Assembly (NCBI GenBank): GCA_910592345.1
Contig: CAJVPI010000152.1
Location: 1 to 48,235 of the forward strand
Length of the DNA stretch: 48,235 nucleotides
Direction: 5' to 3'
Source: Paraglomus brasilianum
Lineage: Eukaryota
Shown: positions 25,500 to 36,590 of the stretch, piece by piece
How the letters are laid out: the number at the start of each line of letters is the position of its first letter
How positions within the stretch are numbered: the stretch's first letter is position 1
The notes under the pieces: model-generated
What the model was told of the DNA's origin: nothing
What the model saw: the letters and a program-made list of their open reading frames with translations, nothing else
The model's database searches: none
Translations under genes and position numbers: made by a program

Positions 25500-26275
25500 C
25501 TAAAGCAAAGCCGTTATCAGTTACTTATTTGATCTTTCAGCCATATCAGCCATTTTCTGTTCATGTGATAAAATGTTCACTTTGTATGGTTTTGTTGCAG
25601 CATGCCACAAGTAATCTTTTCTTTATCTAGATGTTCTTGGTATCATTGATTTTAAAAACACAAGGGGCAATTTTTTCACCCTGCTCTTTCTTTAAAATAC
25701 GTCTGATGGTAATGGTGCTGTAATTCTTTGGTTCCATGGTGTATTTAATGTAAATTAGCTTCATGTTATATTTTTATATAGAGATAATCCTATATTAAAC
25801 ATCTGGACCAGTTTCAATAAGTACAACTTTATTGCTGAACTACATATACATGTTAAAGCTCATTTTAACTCTATCTAAAGACAGGCGTGCAATAAATGAG
25901 GGAGACATCTGGACCAGTTTCAGTTAAAATAAAGTTAAATTTCAATAAGTACAATTTTATTGCAATAAAGTTAAATTTCAGTCATATTTGTACAACAGCT
26001 AAGATAGTCAATAAATTTATGTCTGAGCCACAGCTGGCCACTAATACTAAAGCAAAACTGTCATCAGTCACTTAGTTAATTTTTCAGCCACATCAGCTGG
26101 TTTTAACTCACATAGTTCAAATGTTCACTTGTCTGATTTTGTTGCAGCATCCCCAGTTGTGTTAATGATACTAAATATAAAAATTATCAGCTTATTAGCT
26201 AATTTTTCAGCATATCAGCAATTTTTAGCTCACATAACAGAATGTTCACTTTGTTGGGTTTTGTTGCAGTCTCCC
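25500..26275 (+). repeat. Three diverged copies of a ~104-bp unit plus local duplications; inverted partial copy at 23424-23483
   Basis: Unit ctaaagcaaa..tcag...tcagccacatcagc...cacata...aatgttcactt....ttttgttgcag at about 25500-25603, 26046-26150 and 26170-26272. acatctggaccagtttca is duplicated at about 25800 and 25905. Confidence 0.8.
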
Positions 26276-27141
26276 CAAATTGACAGTATTATGTCAGTGG
26301 AAAAACAAACAAACACAACATTCGTTATTTATGCTAGAGTTTATAATTACCAAGTTCTGGCAAACATTAAATTCTGTCAAAGAATGTAGTATTAGGATGT
26401 TAATATTGTTAACACAATGTATTTCGCAAACCTAGCATTTGCTTCAATTCACAAGTTCAAGAAAGGAGAAAGCGGGTAGGGAAAATACCAAATTAGGGCG
26501 AGCTTATTACAATGAATTACTAAATTGGCTAAAGGAAGAAGAATCTTTTCGATAGAAATTGCACAATAGATACTAATGCATTTATAGTTAGAATGAAACA
26601 CAGACATGTTATTTCGGAAAAATTAAGTTTGCTACGGCAAAGATCCCTAACGAGGTTTAAAAATTACGTATACCCAGCATCATCAAACAGAAATATTACT
26701 TTTTCGATCGAACGGACAATACTCAAATCTATTTATAACTATTAAAGGAATAGTAGCAATATTAGTCGATGCCGACGAAAAACTGTGGCTTTAGCATATT
26801 ATCTAAGCCGCATATTAATATAGACTAGACATAGGCGGGACCAAAGAAGTGCATTGCTTAGTAGTCTGTGCTTCAAGTAAAAAAAGAGAACCTGGTATGC
26901 TGACAAATGCAATAACCCGTACTCGAACAATTCAACTAATATAGACTTTTAAGTTGGAAGATCGACAGCAATTAATAAGCCTATGATATTCATTTCGGTG
27001 GGAGTATCATTGAACCAAATATATGTGAAGGGTTTCAAACGAAAGGGAAATAACTTGGTTATTGTTGCATGATTGTGGCTGAGTATGGATTCGGAATTCA
27101 CTGAACTGTCTGCAGAATCAATTTAAATGGGTATAAGTTTA

Positions 27142-27360
27142 TCAGATTGCGACGTTGGTAAATATACGCATGCAATCTATAATCAGGGGAGATACTTGGT
27201 AATCAGATTTACATGGGTCAAACAGGGGGGGGGCTTTCGTGTGTACCCATATCGGCCATAAGAACCGAACCGAGATTTTACGTAAGGGAGCAGCGGAACA
27301 ATTAAAAGCAACCAGGTAAGTAAACAGCAAGATTGTTATAACAATAGGCACAGACGGCAT
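27142..27360 (-). pseudogene. Putative small secreted protein first exon (possibly ML/NPC2-like); remainder not reconstructable
   Basis: Signal-peptide-like MPSVPIVITILLFTYLVAFNCSAAP followed by FDPCK. The downstream continuation contains stops. Confidence 0.3.
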
Positions 27361-28713
27361 TTGTAGTGAGTCATAACTAAAGTAGTGATCCCCGAGCCTG
27401 TCGGTCTCTTTGTGTTGCAGGTTTACCTATTATAGACAGAGAACCTTATTTCATATACCCCTAGTGAGTCAGGGTTAGTGTAAATACTACAAATACTACT
27501 ACGGTGTATAGCACATCAAACGCCACATATTTTAGGATAATATGGTGATACGAGCATTGTAGGAAATCGACTAATAAAAAATAGCGAAATCCAAGCACCG
27601 AAGATCATCATATGGGCGTTTATTACTTATTGTACATATCGCATTACTGCGGCAGGCAGTGGAGCTGTGGTGCAAACCTTTTACCTTTCCCGTTGTTGGC
27701 TACTTTTTTTTTTTCATATCTAAGCTTAAATATTATTAGTATCGTATTATATTCCCACGACTGCGCTTTTTGCATGAAAAAAGCGCGGTATTTACAGCAT
27801 GCATATTCTGGGGAAGAGATGAAGGGCATACATGTGCATTCCACTATTGCTATTAGGTTATGGTTATTAAAAAGCTAGATGGAAAACGATACACATGATG
27901 ATTAAGCTTCCGATTAAAGGGCGACCAAATGATGCGAACACTCAACAAACAATACCACATAGATGATATATTATTCACTCACAATCTTTGTATTTTTTAT
28001 AGGTCATTCAGCATTCAAACGCTAATTCGCTATTCAGCCTCTGTGCATATGATGATCTGCTCATCACCTGTTTATCTTGCATCGGAATATTTTTGTGTTG
28101 GGGTAAGTGCAGTGCAACCAACTGACGATAATATGGGCGCACTTTGCCTATTATCAGGAATAACTTGACCCAAAATTCAAGAGTACAGAATATAAACAAT
28201 GATAAGAGTGTGTGTGTATACGACTGTGTGTAATTAATATTTAACATTACTAAGAAACTTAATAACTTTATTGACAATAAGTCTCACGTTTGTATATTGT
28301 AAAATCCTATTAATCTGTTATATGGATGGCTTAGTGCACGGCAGCGTGGATCAACTTTTAATTTAATTCCGGACAATGGGGAATTGTTTATTGCAGAGCT
28401 ACAATAATAGCTTACTTGTATTATCTCAGCAATAGAAAATTAGAACATAAACAAATTAAAGGCTAACCAGATCAAGAAAAACAAACTTTATAAACAGAAA
28501 TATATAGAATACACAAAAAGATATATATATTGAATACGGTTTATTGTTCATCGATACATCCACCAACCTTTATAAAAACCAGCTCTACTCCCCTCTGCAT
28601 CCTCAGTTCGCATCCCTATTCCAAACAAATCTGAATCAAACATCTCTATCACGACTCATAATTGTAATCATCATATACTCCTCATATTCCGGCCACCTCG
28701 CTCTCTTGTAAAA

Positions 28714-29109
28714 ATGTTTCATCTGTCTCATCTTTCGCCCAATCCCACAATAACATCCAAAATATACTCATCACATTACTCGAACCATTACATCCCGCAC
28801 TCTTCGACGTCCACCATCTCCATGCCATTATCGTCTTCATTACCCGCTTACTCATCCTCGCCCCTCTCCTTTTCCATTCAACATCCATCGAGCTCGTCCG
28901 GATATCTACAAACAAGCTCTCGATTCTGGGAATTCTGCATCGATGGGTTAGTCACATACGTACGCTACGGCAATGTCAACGGATCAAAGTACAAAGAACG
29001 TGCCACACAGATGCAAGTTCATGCCACTGTTGAAGATGCCAATGCGTTTATTGAAAAGTTGATCTCTGAAAAACTGAAGAATGGATTCGAGGGCTGGGTT
29101 AATTGGTGA
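28714..29109 (+). CDS. Stand-alone WGR-domain protein, 131 aa, intronless
   Basis: Ser/His-rich N-terminus, then YLQTSSRFWEFCIDGLVTYVRYGNVNG...EDANAFIEKLISEKLKNGF, the FW..v.YG..G...A..l..eK..kGy WGR pattern. Confidence 0.8.
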   Translation: MFHLSHLSPNPTITSKIYSSHYSNHYIPHSSTSTISMPLSSSLPAYSSSPLSFSIQHPSSSSGYLQTSSRFWEFCIDGLVTYVRYGNVNGSKYKERATQMQVHATVEDANAFIEKLISEKLKNGFEGWVNW

Positions 29110-29121
29110 GCTCCGGGACGC

Positions 29122-29165
29122 CAATAAAAACATAACGATCCGACAATAAAAACATAACGATCCGA
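29122..29165 (+). repeat. Perfect 22-bp tandem duplication just after the WGR stop codon
   Basis: caataaaaacataacgatccga occurs twice. Confidence 0.9.
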
Positions 29166-30475
29166 CAGTAGAACCCTCCCCCCCCAAAATGAAGTTGATG
29201 TAAATACGGCGATGCTTCGATAAACGCTGCCCCGAGTCTGGAGATGAATGCATTTACAATTATATTTTATGTACATTTTTTATATTACCATATAATATTG
29301 TGCCATAATAATCAATCAACAAAACCCCTATATTTTTGTTTATTATTTACTAATTTACTCCCTTTCATCATGCATTTGTATACACACATATATCCGTCTC
29401 GTTTTTGTAATTACACCTTTGTACAGAAAATTCGTCATTTTATCTTAATATTGATTATTGTAATAGTCGTGATAATATTACGAATCAAAAAAATTTAATA
29501 CTCTCAGAACAATACATTTTATTTCTCTTTATGCTCCTTTACTATTTCCCTACTCTTGCATCCGCTAAGTTGAAAAAGAACACAGATCAATTATGACAGA
29601 ATTATATGTGATAAGTGGGTTTCACGTTTGAACAATATGTTCCGTAATTTAAGCAGTATAAGAAAACAGACGAAAATGATTTTACAAGTTATAATAATAA
29701 ACGATGTTGTTGAAAATAAAGAATTCAGGGGTTAATATTAAGAACTGTTGACTATCACAGATTTGCCTTATTATTTATTATCCCCTTATTTATCTTATTA
29801 TCTAATCATAATAGTAATTTCCGTAAGATACTAGCCAAACATCCAATGCATTGCACGTGGAATCTAGTCGAACGTATGAATTGACCATTGTTCGCAATCA
29901 CTCAAACAAAAGATTGTTTCATGAAAAGTAATTAATTGGCCATCGGTATCTTGAACTTCACTTACTAGAGAAACGTTGAAAATAACTTTCGCAGATCTAC
30001 TCATTGTAACTGTCGCTGACAAGTAAACCGTGTTAAATTGAGATGTTACCTGCGACTGTTCTTGAACTAACTAGTATCCCAACTATCTGTGGAAAGATAA
30101 GTGATTCAATTGATATAAAATAGAGATTATATTTTTATGGGCAAAGTATATATAAATATTAATAACTCTACGGAAGAATGCTGCAGACATGAAATAACAA
30201 ATTCGGATTTTGCGAAAACCTACAAATAGACGAATGCTTTGAGGAATATGACCGTTCGGTTCAACAATACTTCCTCTGGATGAGTCAAAAACGCTCATTT
30301 GATCCAAAACATATAAATATACTCATTCGTATACACATGAAAATCACTTAATATTAATTACAATGATGCATTACATCACGCAAAACTCTCCATAAGACAT
30401 TGTAATTGGCACGTGAGGAGCCAATTGAACCGAAACTCAAAAGTCATGCCGCAGGTATCATTATTTCCTCAACGT

Positions 30476-30953
30476 TTATGGAGTTAAACGAGACCTAGAA
30501 ACAAAAGCGTACCCAATATGCTAAAAATGGCCTATTTGGGTCAAATTCTTAACAAATTGACGTGGAGGATGAAATTACGGTTGTTTGGAGAATATTACGC
30601 ATTATCTATGATATAGATTAGTACATTATCTTCATGACGGAAACACAACTACGCGTCCGAGACAAAAAGATTTCAGCAAGAGTCTGATTTGCGATTTTGG
30701 TCAGTGAACTTACGTGAATAGAATTCAACAATTCGAGGGATATAGGCAGTTCGATAGAGATTGGGTATGCAATATTTGGCGTGGATTACGACCACTGATG
30801 CCTGATTCAGCACCAGAGGAATATAAAGAGTTGGCTGAGATTTGTTCTAATGCTGATCCTGACAATCGTCCAAGACTTGAAGTCATGATTCAACACGCTC
30901 GCGACATTTCATTACACATAACGAAACAGCACTTCTTGTGGATAATGACGTAA
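30476..30953 (+). pseudogene. Tyrosine-kinase-like (TKL) protein kinase pseudogene
   Basis: Fragments YGVKRDLETKAY, QYAKNG, LTWRMKL, HYLHD, LICDFG and C-lobe IWRGLRPLMPDSAPEEYKELAEICSNADPDNRP. Large deletions and frameshifts. Confidence 0.8.
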
Positions 30954-31666
30954 GAAACGGTAGATGTAACTGGGTTGTATGAGGAGCGTTGTCCTATCAT
31001 TTCAGAAGAGGACGTAGACGGAAATTTTCCGAGCTGGAAATGAATCATCAACCGCCCGTTACGATAGTTATCCTTTTCAAGATGTTCAGCGTCCACATTA
31101 GGCCGATAGAAGTTGAGAAATCAATGCTTATATTATCATATTTGAGATTAATTCGTATTATGTGATTATAGAAATATATAGCACATAATCGAGCATCTTA
31201 GCAGTTTTTCATCTTGAATAACAATGAACTTGTGTAAATAAATCGTTGCAGTGCACTCCACTCCACCACAGGCTGGTACAAAGAGCAAGAATTCCACCCC
31301 CCCCACCCCGGATGTTTCCTACAAGGAAACTTGCTGTGAATGGGAACCAACATGTGAAGAAATTCGCTTCGTCATTTCGCGATGATGTCTTCTTAACGTT
31401 CTAAGTTCTTGTTCCTCACGAGTGGCACCATCCGCATCCATCAAAATTGGTTTAAATCGTTGATCGAAATTTACTGTTGCCAGCAATTATTACATATCGC
31501 CCATGAATGCTCATATTTACGTAAAAAAACAGCCGTCGGCATAGAATATAATATATTGATCTATTCAATTTGGAAATTCAATTATTATGGGCGGAGCCTC
31601 TCAATTGAAACTAACCTAAAAACAATACCATCAACGCGTCGATTCACTAGTTATATACAGATTCGT

Positions 31667-33916
31667 TTAATCTAACAGAGATTTCAATTCCCTACTGTCG
31701 ATTTTCATCTCTTCCTGTTTCTTCTTGTATTTTTTCCTATACACATCGTACTTTCCGACTTCATTGGCTCTCAAAGTCATCTCGTGCTCCTTATCGACCA
31801 GTTTTTCAGCCACTTCAGGTCCAAAACATTCTTCCAAGAACTTCTTATATTGAGGACGATAGCATCTCAGATTTTTCACAGTAATTCCTGCCTGCACCAA
31901 TTCATCAAATTCAATGAATCTAGCAAGAAACATTATACGAATGGCTGTCTTACGAAGAATAGGAACGTTACTGGCATTCCACTCAGTCATAGAGTCAGAG
32001 AATAACTTCATGGTCCTCTTACGGGTAGCAGCAGATGTTTCGTCGTACATTTTACGGAATAGCATTTCAGTATCATTAAATATGTCGGCAAATAAAAGAG
32101 CGCTCTGTAGATGTAAGGCTTCTGTCTCAGATCCTACAAGTCTGTAATCCATCCTTTCCCATTGCTTAATTCTCAATCGTGCTGCTCTCAGGTTATCAAC
32201 GTGAATAAACGTCTCCTCACGCGTGTGACCAAGTTTCTTGTATACATTGAATAAGCGGAAATAGTGCAATTTGAGAGTGTCGGGAATGGCCGTAGGACAG
32301 GCGGGAAGTTTGTCGATACAATCGGCAACTCTTTTGTCACCAAGAATGATTCTCAGCTTATGTCCCATTTCGCCATATCGATCAAGATCATTACTACTTG
32401 GAGGGTCAAGTAGATAGGCCAAGGATCCTGATTTCGGATCCAACTTACTGCCGATCGATGATGGTATGTATATTCGAGGTGAAGATTGGCGTGCTATGTG
32501 CGGTACTTTATGAATGGCTTGCTTGGCAGATGCTTTGGGCGAAGATTTTTTTATGCAACAATCTTGCTTTTGTTTGGTAGATTTCCGGGGAGCCATTGCA
32601 GAATCATCCACAAGTTCCCAAATTGAAGTTGGAATTTTTTGCCCATCCGTTTGGTCTTGTTGGATTTCCATGTCGGCATCTTTTGGTGAATTTGGAGATG
32701 TTTTGCGTGTTGATTTTCTTGATGGAACAAAAGGCAGCTCGTACTCTGATTCTTCTGATGTATCAGTAGTTGATTTGCGAGAAAAAGTCTTCTGATTCGT
32801 CTTTCGGACAGGTGCTTGGATCGACGGTTCCGCCAATGGTTTTAGTCTTTTCGATTGCCGTGGACTTGATGGGTCGTCAAGCGCATCTTTTCGTGATTGT
32901 GGCAAACGTTTTCCCGTTGCAGTATTTTTTTTAGAGCCTTTGGCTGGCGTGGGAGTCGGACTTTCTTCGTCTGAATCATGTAATGCTTTCGTTGATCGTC
33001 TACTACCTTTTCTACCAATCTCTGCTGAAGTGCGTGACCCTTTCTTAGACAATTTGTTGTTTTTTGCATTTTTAACTGGAGACTTTTTTGTGCTTGATTT
33101 GTGATATGACGATTCGTCAGATGAATCGTCATCCGATATTTCAAATACTGATATGTCGGATGGTGTGTTATATACCAAAGGACTATGTGATGCATACACC
33201 GATAGTGCATTGCGGACGGGCTGTCTTCGTATAGCAGTTCTAGTGGCAGGTGCAGATTCATTTCTAGAAGGACTAGTAATATCATCGCTATTCTTTGATT
33301 GGGTAGACGTGACGCTGGGTGATTGCACCTTCTCATTGTTGACATATTCACTAAGCGCTCTTGCACTCTTTGATGAGCGTGGACATGGAGAATGAGATGA
33401 CGACGAACTGGGTGATGGAAGGGAAGACACAATTGGAGATAACGGTCTCACACCATTGATCTCTACTCTGATATCTGCTTCGGTTATCTCGGGACCGGAC
33501 ACTCGATCAACTTGATCAACTGTGTTCATTTGATCATGTGACTTTTGTTGTTCAATCAACATATCCACCAAACTATCTTCCGTCATGAAAGTTAATACTG
33601 GGTCACAAGCCATGCCCATTCCAAAATGGTTATTATTTTCGCCCGTGTCTCTCTCACTTTCTAGATCCACGCTTTTGGAATCATAATTTATTTTATCGCC
33701 AACATCCACGCGTTGCCCTAGGTTCTGCTCTTCTTCTGAATCACCTATCTCTACGTCTATTGTCACGGTATCTCGCATATTCAAGTGTACTCGTCCATCC
33801 ATAAAATGAACAGACTCGATTTTCATTTTGGTTTGTTGTTCGGCTAATATTTTCGCCGCATTGAATAATAGGGCTATTGCTTCGCGCGTTATCGATGACG
33901 AGTCTATTGGAGCCAT
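31667..33916 (-). CDS. Uncharacterised 749-aa protein, single exon; long Ser/Lys/Pro-rich disordered region and helical C-terminal domain
   Basis: 2250-nt ATG-initiated uninterrupted ORF in AT-rich DNA. Basic NLS-like stretches. No family recognised. Confidence 0.88.
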   Translation of the reverse strand: MAPIDSSSITREAIALLFNAAKILAEQQTKMKIESVHFMDGRVHLNMRDTVTIDVEIGDSEEEQNLGQRVDVGDKINYDSKSVDLESERDTGENNNHFGMGMACDPVLTFMTEDSLVDMLIEQQKSHDQMNTVDQVDRVSGPEITEADIRVEINGVRPLSPIVSSLPSPSSSSSHSPCPRSSKSARALSEYVNNEKVQSPSVTSTQSKNSDDITSPSRNESAPATRTAIRRQPVRNALSVYASHSPLVYNTPSDISVFEISDDDSSDESSYHKSSTKKSPVKNAKNNKLSKKGSRTSAEIGRKGSRRSTKALHDSDEESPTPTPAKGSKKNTATGKRLPQSRKDALDDPSSPRQSKRLKPLAEPSIQAPVRKTNQKTFSRKSTTDTSEESEYELPFVPSRKSTRKTSPNSPKDADMEIQQDQTDGQKIPTSIWELVDDSAMAPRKSTKQKQDCCIKKSSPKASAKQAIHKVPHIARQSSPRIYIPSSIGSKLDPKSGSLAYLLDPPSSNDLDRYGEMGHKLRIILGDKRVADCIDKLPACPTAIPDTLKLHYFRLFNVYKKLGHTREETFIHVDNLRAARLRIKQWERMDYRLVGSETEALHLQSALLFADIFNDTEMLFRKMYDETSAATRKRTMKLFSDSMTEWNASNVPILRKTAIRIMFLARFIEFDELVQAGITVKNLRCYRPQYKKFLEECFGPEVAEKLVDKEHEMTLRANEVGKYDVYRKKYKKKQEEMKIDSRELKSLLD

Positions 33917-34568
33917 ACTGTGAAAAGAGGTGCAAGAATAGGAGATGAAAAAAAGAGGTAGTTTTTGGCGGTATTTATTGGGAAGGTTTACGTGAAGGGA
34001 GGTAGAGAATTATTTGGAAATGTGGCACGAGTTTAAATGATCATGAGAGATATGTTGATTGATCTATCAACCGATCAATGGGAATATCAATATGCATCAT
34101 CTTGATGTTGGGCGAAGGATTTCAGGGGTACAAAATCTCTGATGATTGGCTAATCAACAAATATATTTAATAATGAAACCCCCGAATATTTTCTTTTTCA
34201 GGATCACATGAGGTCCTGTCATTATCATGGAATCTTGTTTATGCCACTAAGCTAAATATAAACCGGATTTGAAGTTAAGAATATGAAATTGAAATTATTA
34301 TAATAAACTATCAGACAGTGTAGAAACAAAATTTAACGTTTATACGATAACTTTGCAAATTTTAAAGTTTCAAAGACAAATAACTGTTGTAATCTAGTAA
34401 TAATCTGTGTTAGTATTAGGAGTGACATTATTGAAATAAGTAAGGCATTGGAATCAAAGGATTGAAATTCTGTTACATGTTTCTTGGGTCCATTGATTAT
34501 AAAGATGGAGAGGCAGTTCCATTAATTAAATACATTAAGCTACTATTACATATACAGACTATCTAATA

Positions 34569-35070
34569 CATAGTAAAGTCCGCTTTAACGAAGGTCCGGT
34601 TTAACGAAGATGGTCTTATAACGAAGTTTTTTATGGAACCGATTCATTTAGCTCCCGGCTGAACGAAGATTTATAATTAAACTAATAAAGTAAACATTCA
34701 GTTTTCCTAAATTAGCGTGATATACCGAAATGTTGGCGCATAACGAAGTATAACGACATGCGCTTTATTATAACGAAGTTCGTTATAGCATTGCTGTATA
34801 TAGAGATTTGAACAACACGTCTAATTCTTTGCCATTCCGGTTGGAAGTGATTGCGAAGAACAAGTCTCACCATCGTTAGATATAGAATCTTCTTCCCCGA
34901 GCTATTACTATAGACAAGCATTGTTCCGAATCAAAGAAACTACGTAAGATGGTGTAGAACGAATGTAAAGAAGGTAAATAAATAAATCTCATTTTATATT
35001 AGTGATAGAGTCCGCTTTAACGAAGTTATTTGGCGGAACGAAACTCTTCGTTAAAGCGGACTTTACTGTG
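34569..35070. mobile_element. Complete non-autonomous pogo/Tigger-like MITE (about 500 bp)
   Basis: 25-bp TIRs catagtaaagtccgctttaacgaag / cttcgttaaagcggactttactgtg (1 mismatch), flanked by TA on both sides. Internal repeats of aacgaag. Confidence 0.9.
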
Positions 35071-36590
35071 TACAATCTAACGATTTTGGCTATTTGATAT
35101 TGCATGAAAAAAATGGAGTAGTTAACGACATAGTCAAAATTATTCTTGTAATGCTGATTATTTATAAGAAATATCGACATACTATGCTCTGTTGTTCGGG
35201 TATTAAGAATGGGAGAACTCAAGCTCAGGCAGAAGAACACACATATCTTCCATCACATGTAAGCTACCCCTCTAGCGAGACTACAGTATTTCTTAAGAAT
35301 GTTTATAATAAACATGGATAGCAGAATATATTAAGATATGCCTCTATGAAATTGTTTCTTAATATCTGGCGCAACAGGTTGGTTGCTATAGTTAGAATCA
35401 GAGTTACGCCCCAGGCTAGCGACTCTATAAATTTCGATTCTGATTCGGACAGCGTCGGTTAATTGTCTAACCGCCTGCATATTACGCTGCGGTGACTGTT
35501 ACACTCCGTAAATGTTTTGCATTCTTGTTGGAAACAAAAGGTGTGATCAAACGTATCGGCACAAAGTTCTTCAAAGCCGAAAGAGTCAAACGTGTAACAG
35601 CTCGCACAGACCGTATATCAAATATACAAGTGATGTGAATCGTTCAGTGACTGCGACTTAACCTCAGAACGGTGAGAAATTGGATGTTAATAACTTCTGT
35701 TTGATGGTACGTCTTACCTCTTTATTGATTAAATATAACTTATAGAGTATAATTACGTTCCTGGTTGTCATGGAACTGGTAGCAATTCGTGCTCTTAAAA
35801 AATTGTCAACAACTAACCAGATTTTTTGAAATGTACGAAATCATTTGTTATTACAATAATGATAGAAGCAGATTTTTATGTGACGAGACCACAAGAACGA
35901 TTATCGATATTTTTTCTCTTGGAAGGCTCTTATGTTAATGATGATAGTGGCGAGTTTTTAAGTTTCTTGACTATCACTTAGTTCGTCATACTACAGAACC
36001 ACAGAATTTCAGTTTCATGTTACGCGCTTACATGAAAAACGCGCGCATGATTATTTATTATGCACAAAATATGTTGGTTATTACTTTGTATTAAATTTTT
36101 CCGAGACGATATACTGGCGATCCGAAATCTCTACAAAGCACTGTAAGCGAATATTCTCACATATAAAAATACGGACAGGTAAGACTTTAATATTAGCTAG
36201 GGAGTGAGATCCATCAATTTAACATCTGCAGCATATAATTGTACAAATCAGGAGCAAGAAAAAGAAAAGAAAAGGAGTTTATTATCAAACCGACCAGTTA
36301 GATGTTGGCGACTGACAACACGTATGGTCCCAGTCTATCAATTAACACTCGCATTGAGAGTTGTACGTTTTATGCTAAAGGGGTTGTTATCGCTTCGAAT
36401 TTTTGTTCTAGTAATAGGTTTTGGTTGCCACAGTGCAACTTTATTTTGACGTACAATACGTTGGGAATATAAATATTTACTGTGATTATAAATACATCCA
36501 TTTTATACAAATAATGATTAAGAGGTTTACATCCATATAATTTTACAAGCGTCTAAACCCAACCTTTACACTGTTCTCTACATACGGATA

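Noticed and set aside
31784..33935. Several ORFs overlapping the 749-aa gene (including the 196-aa ORF 32842..33432)
   Set aside because: They are shadow or alternative-frame ORFs of a long coding sequence, with no independent motifs.
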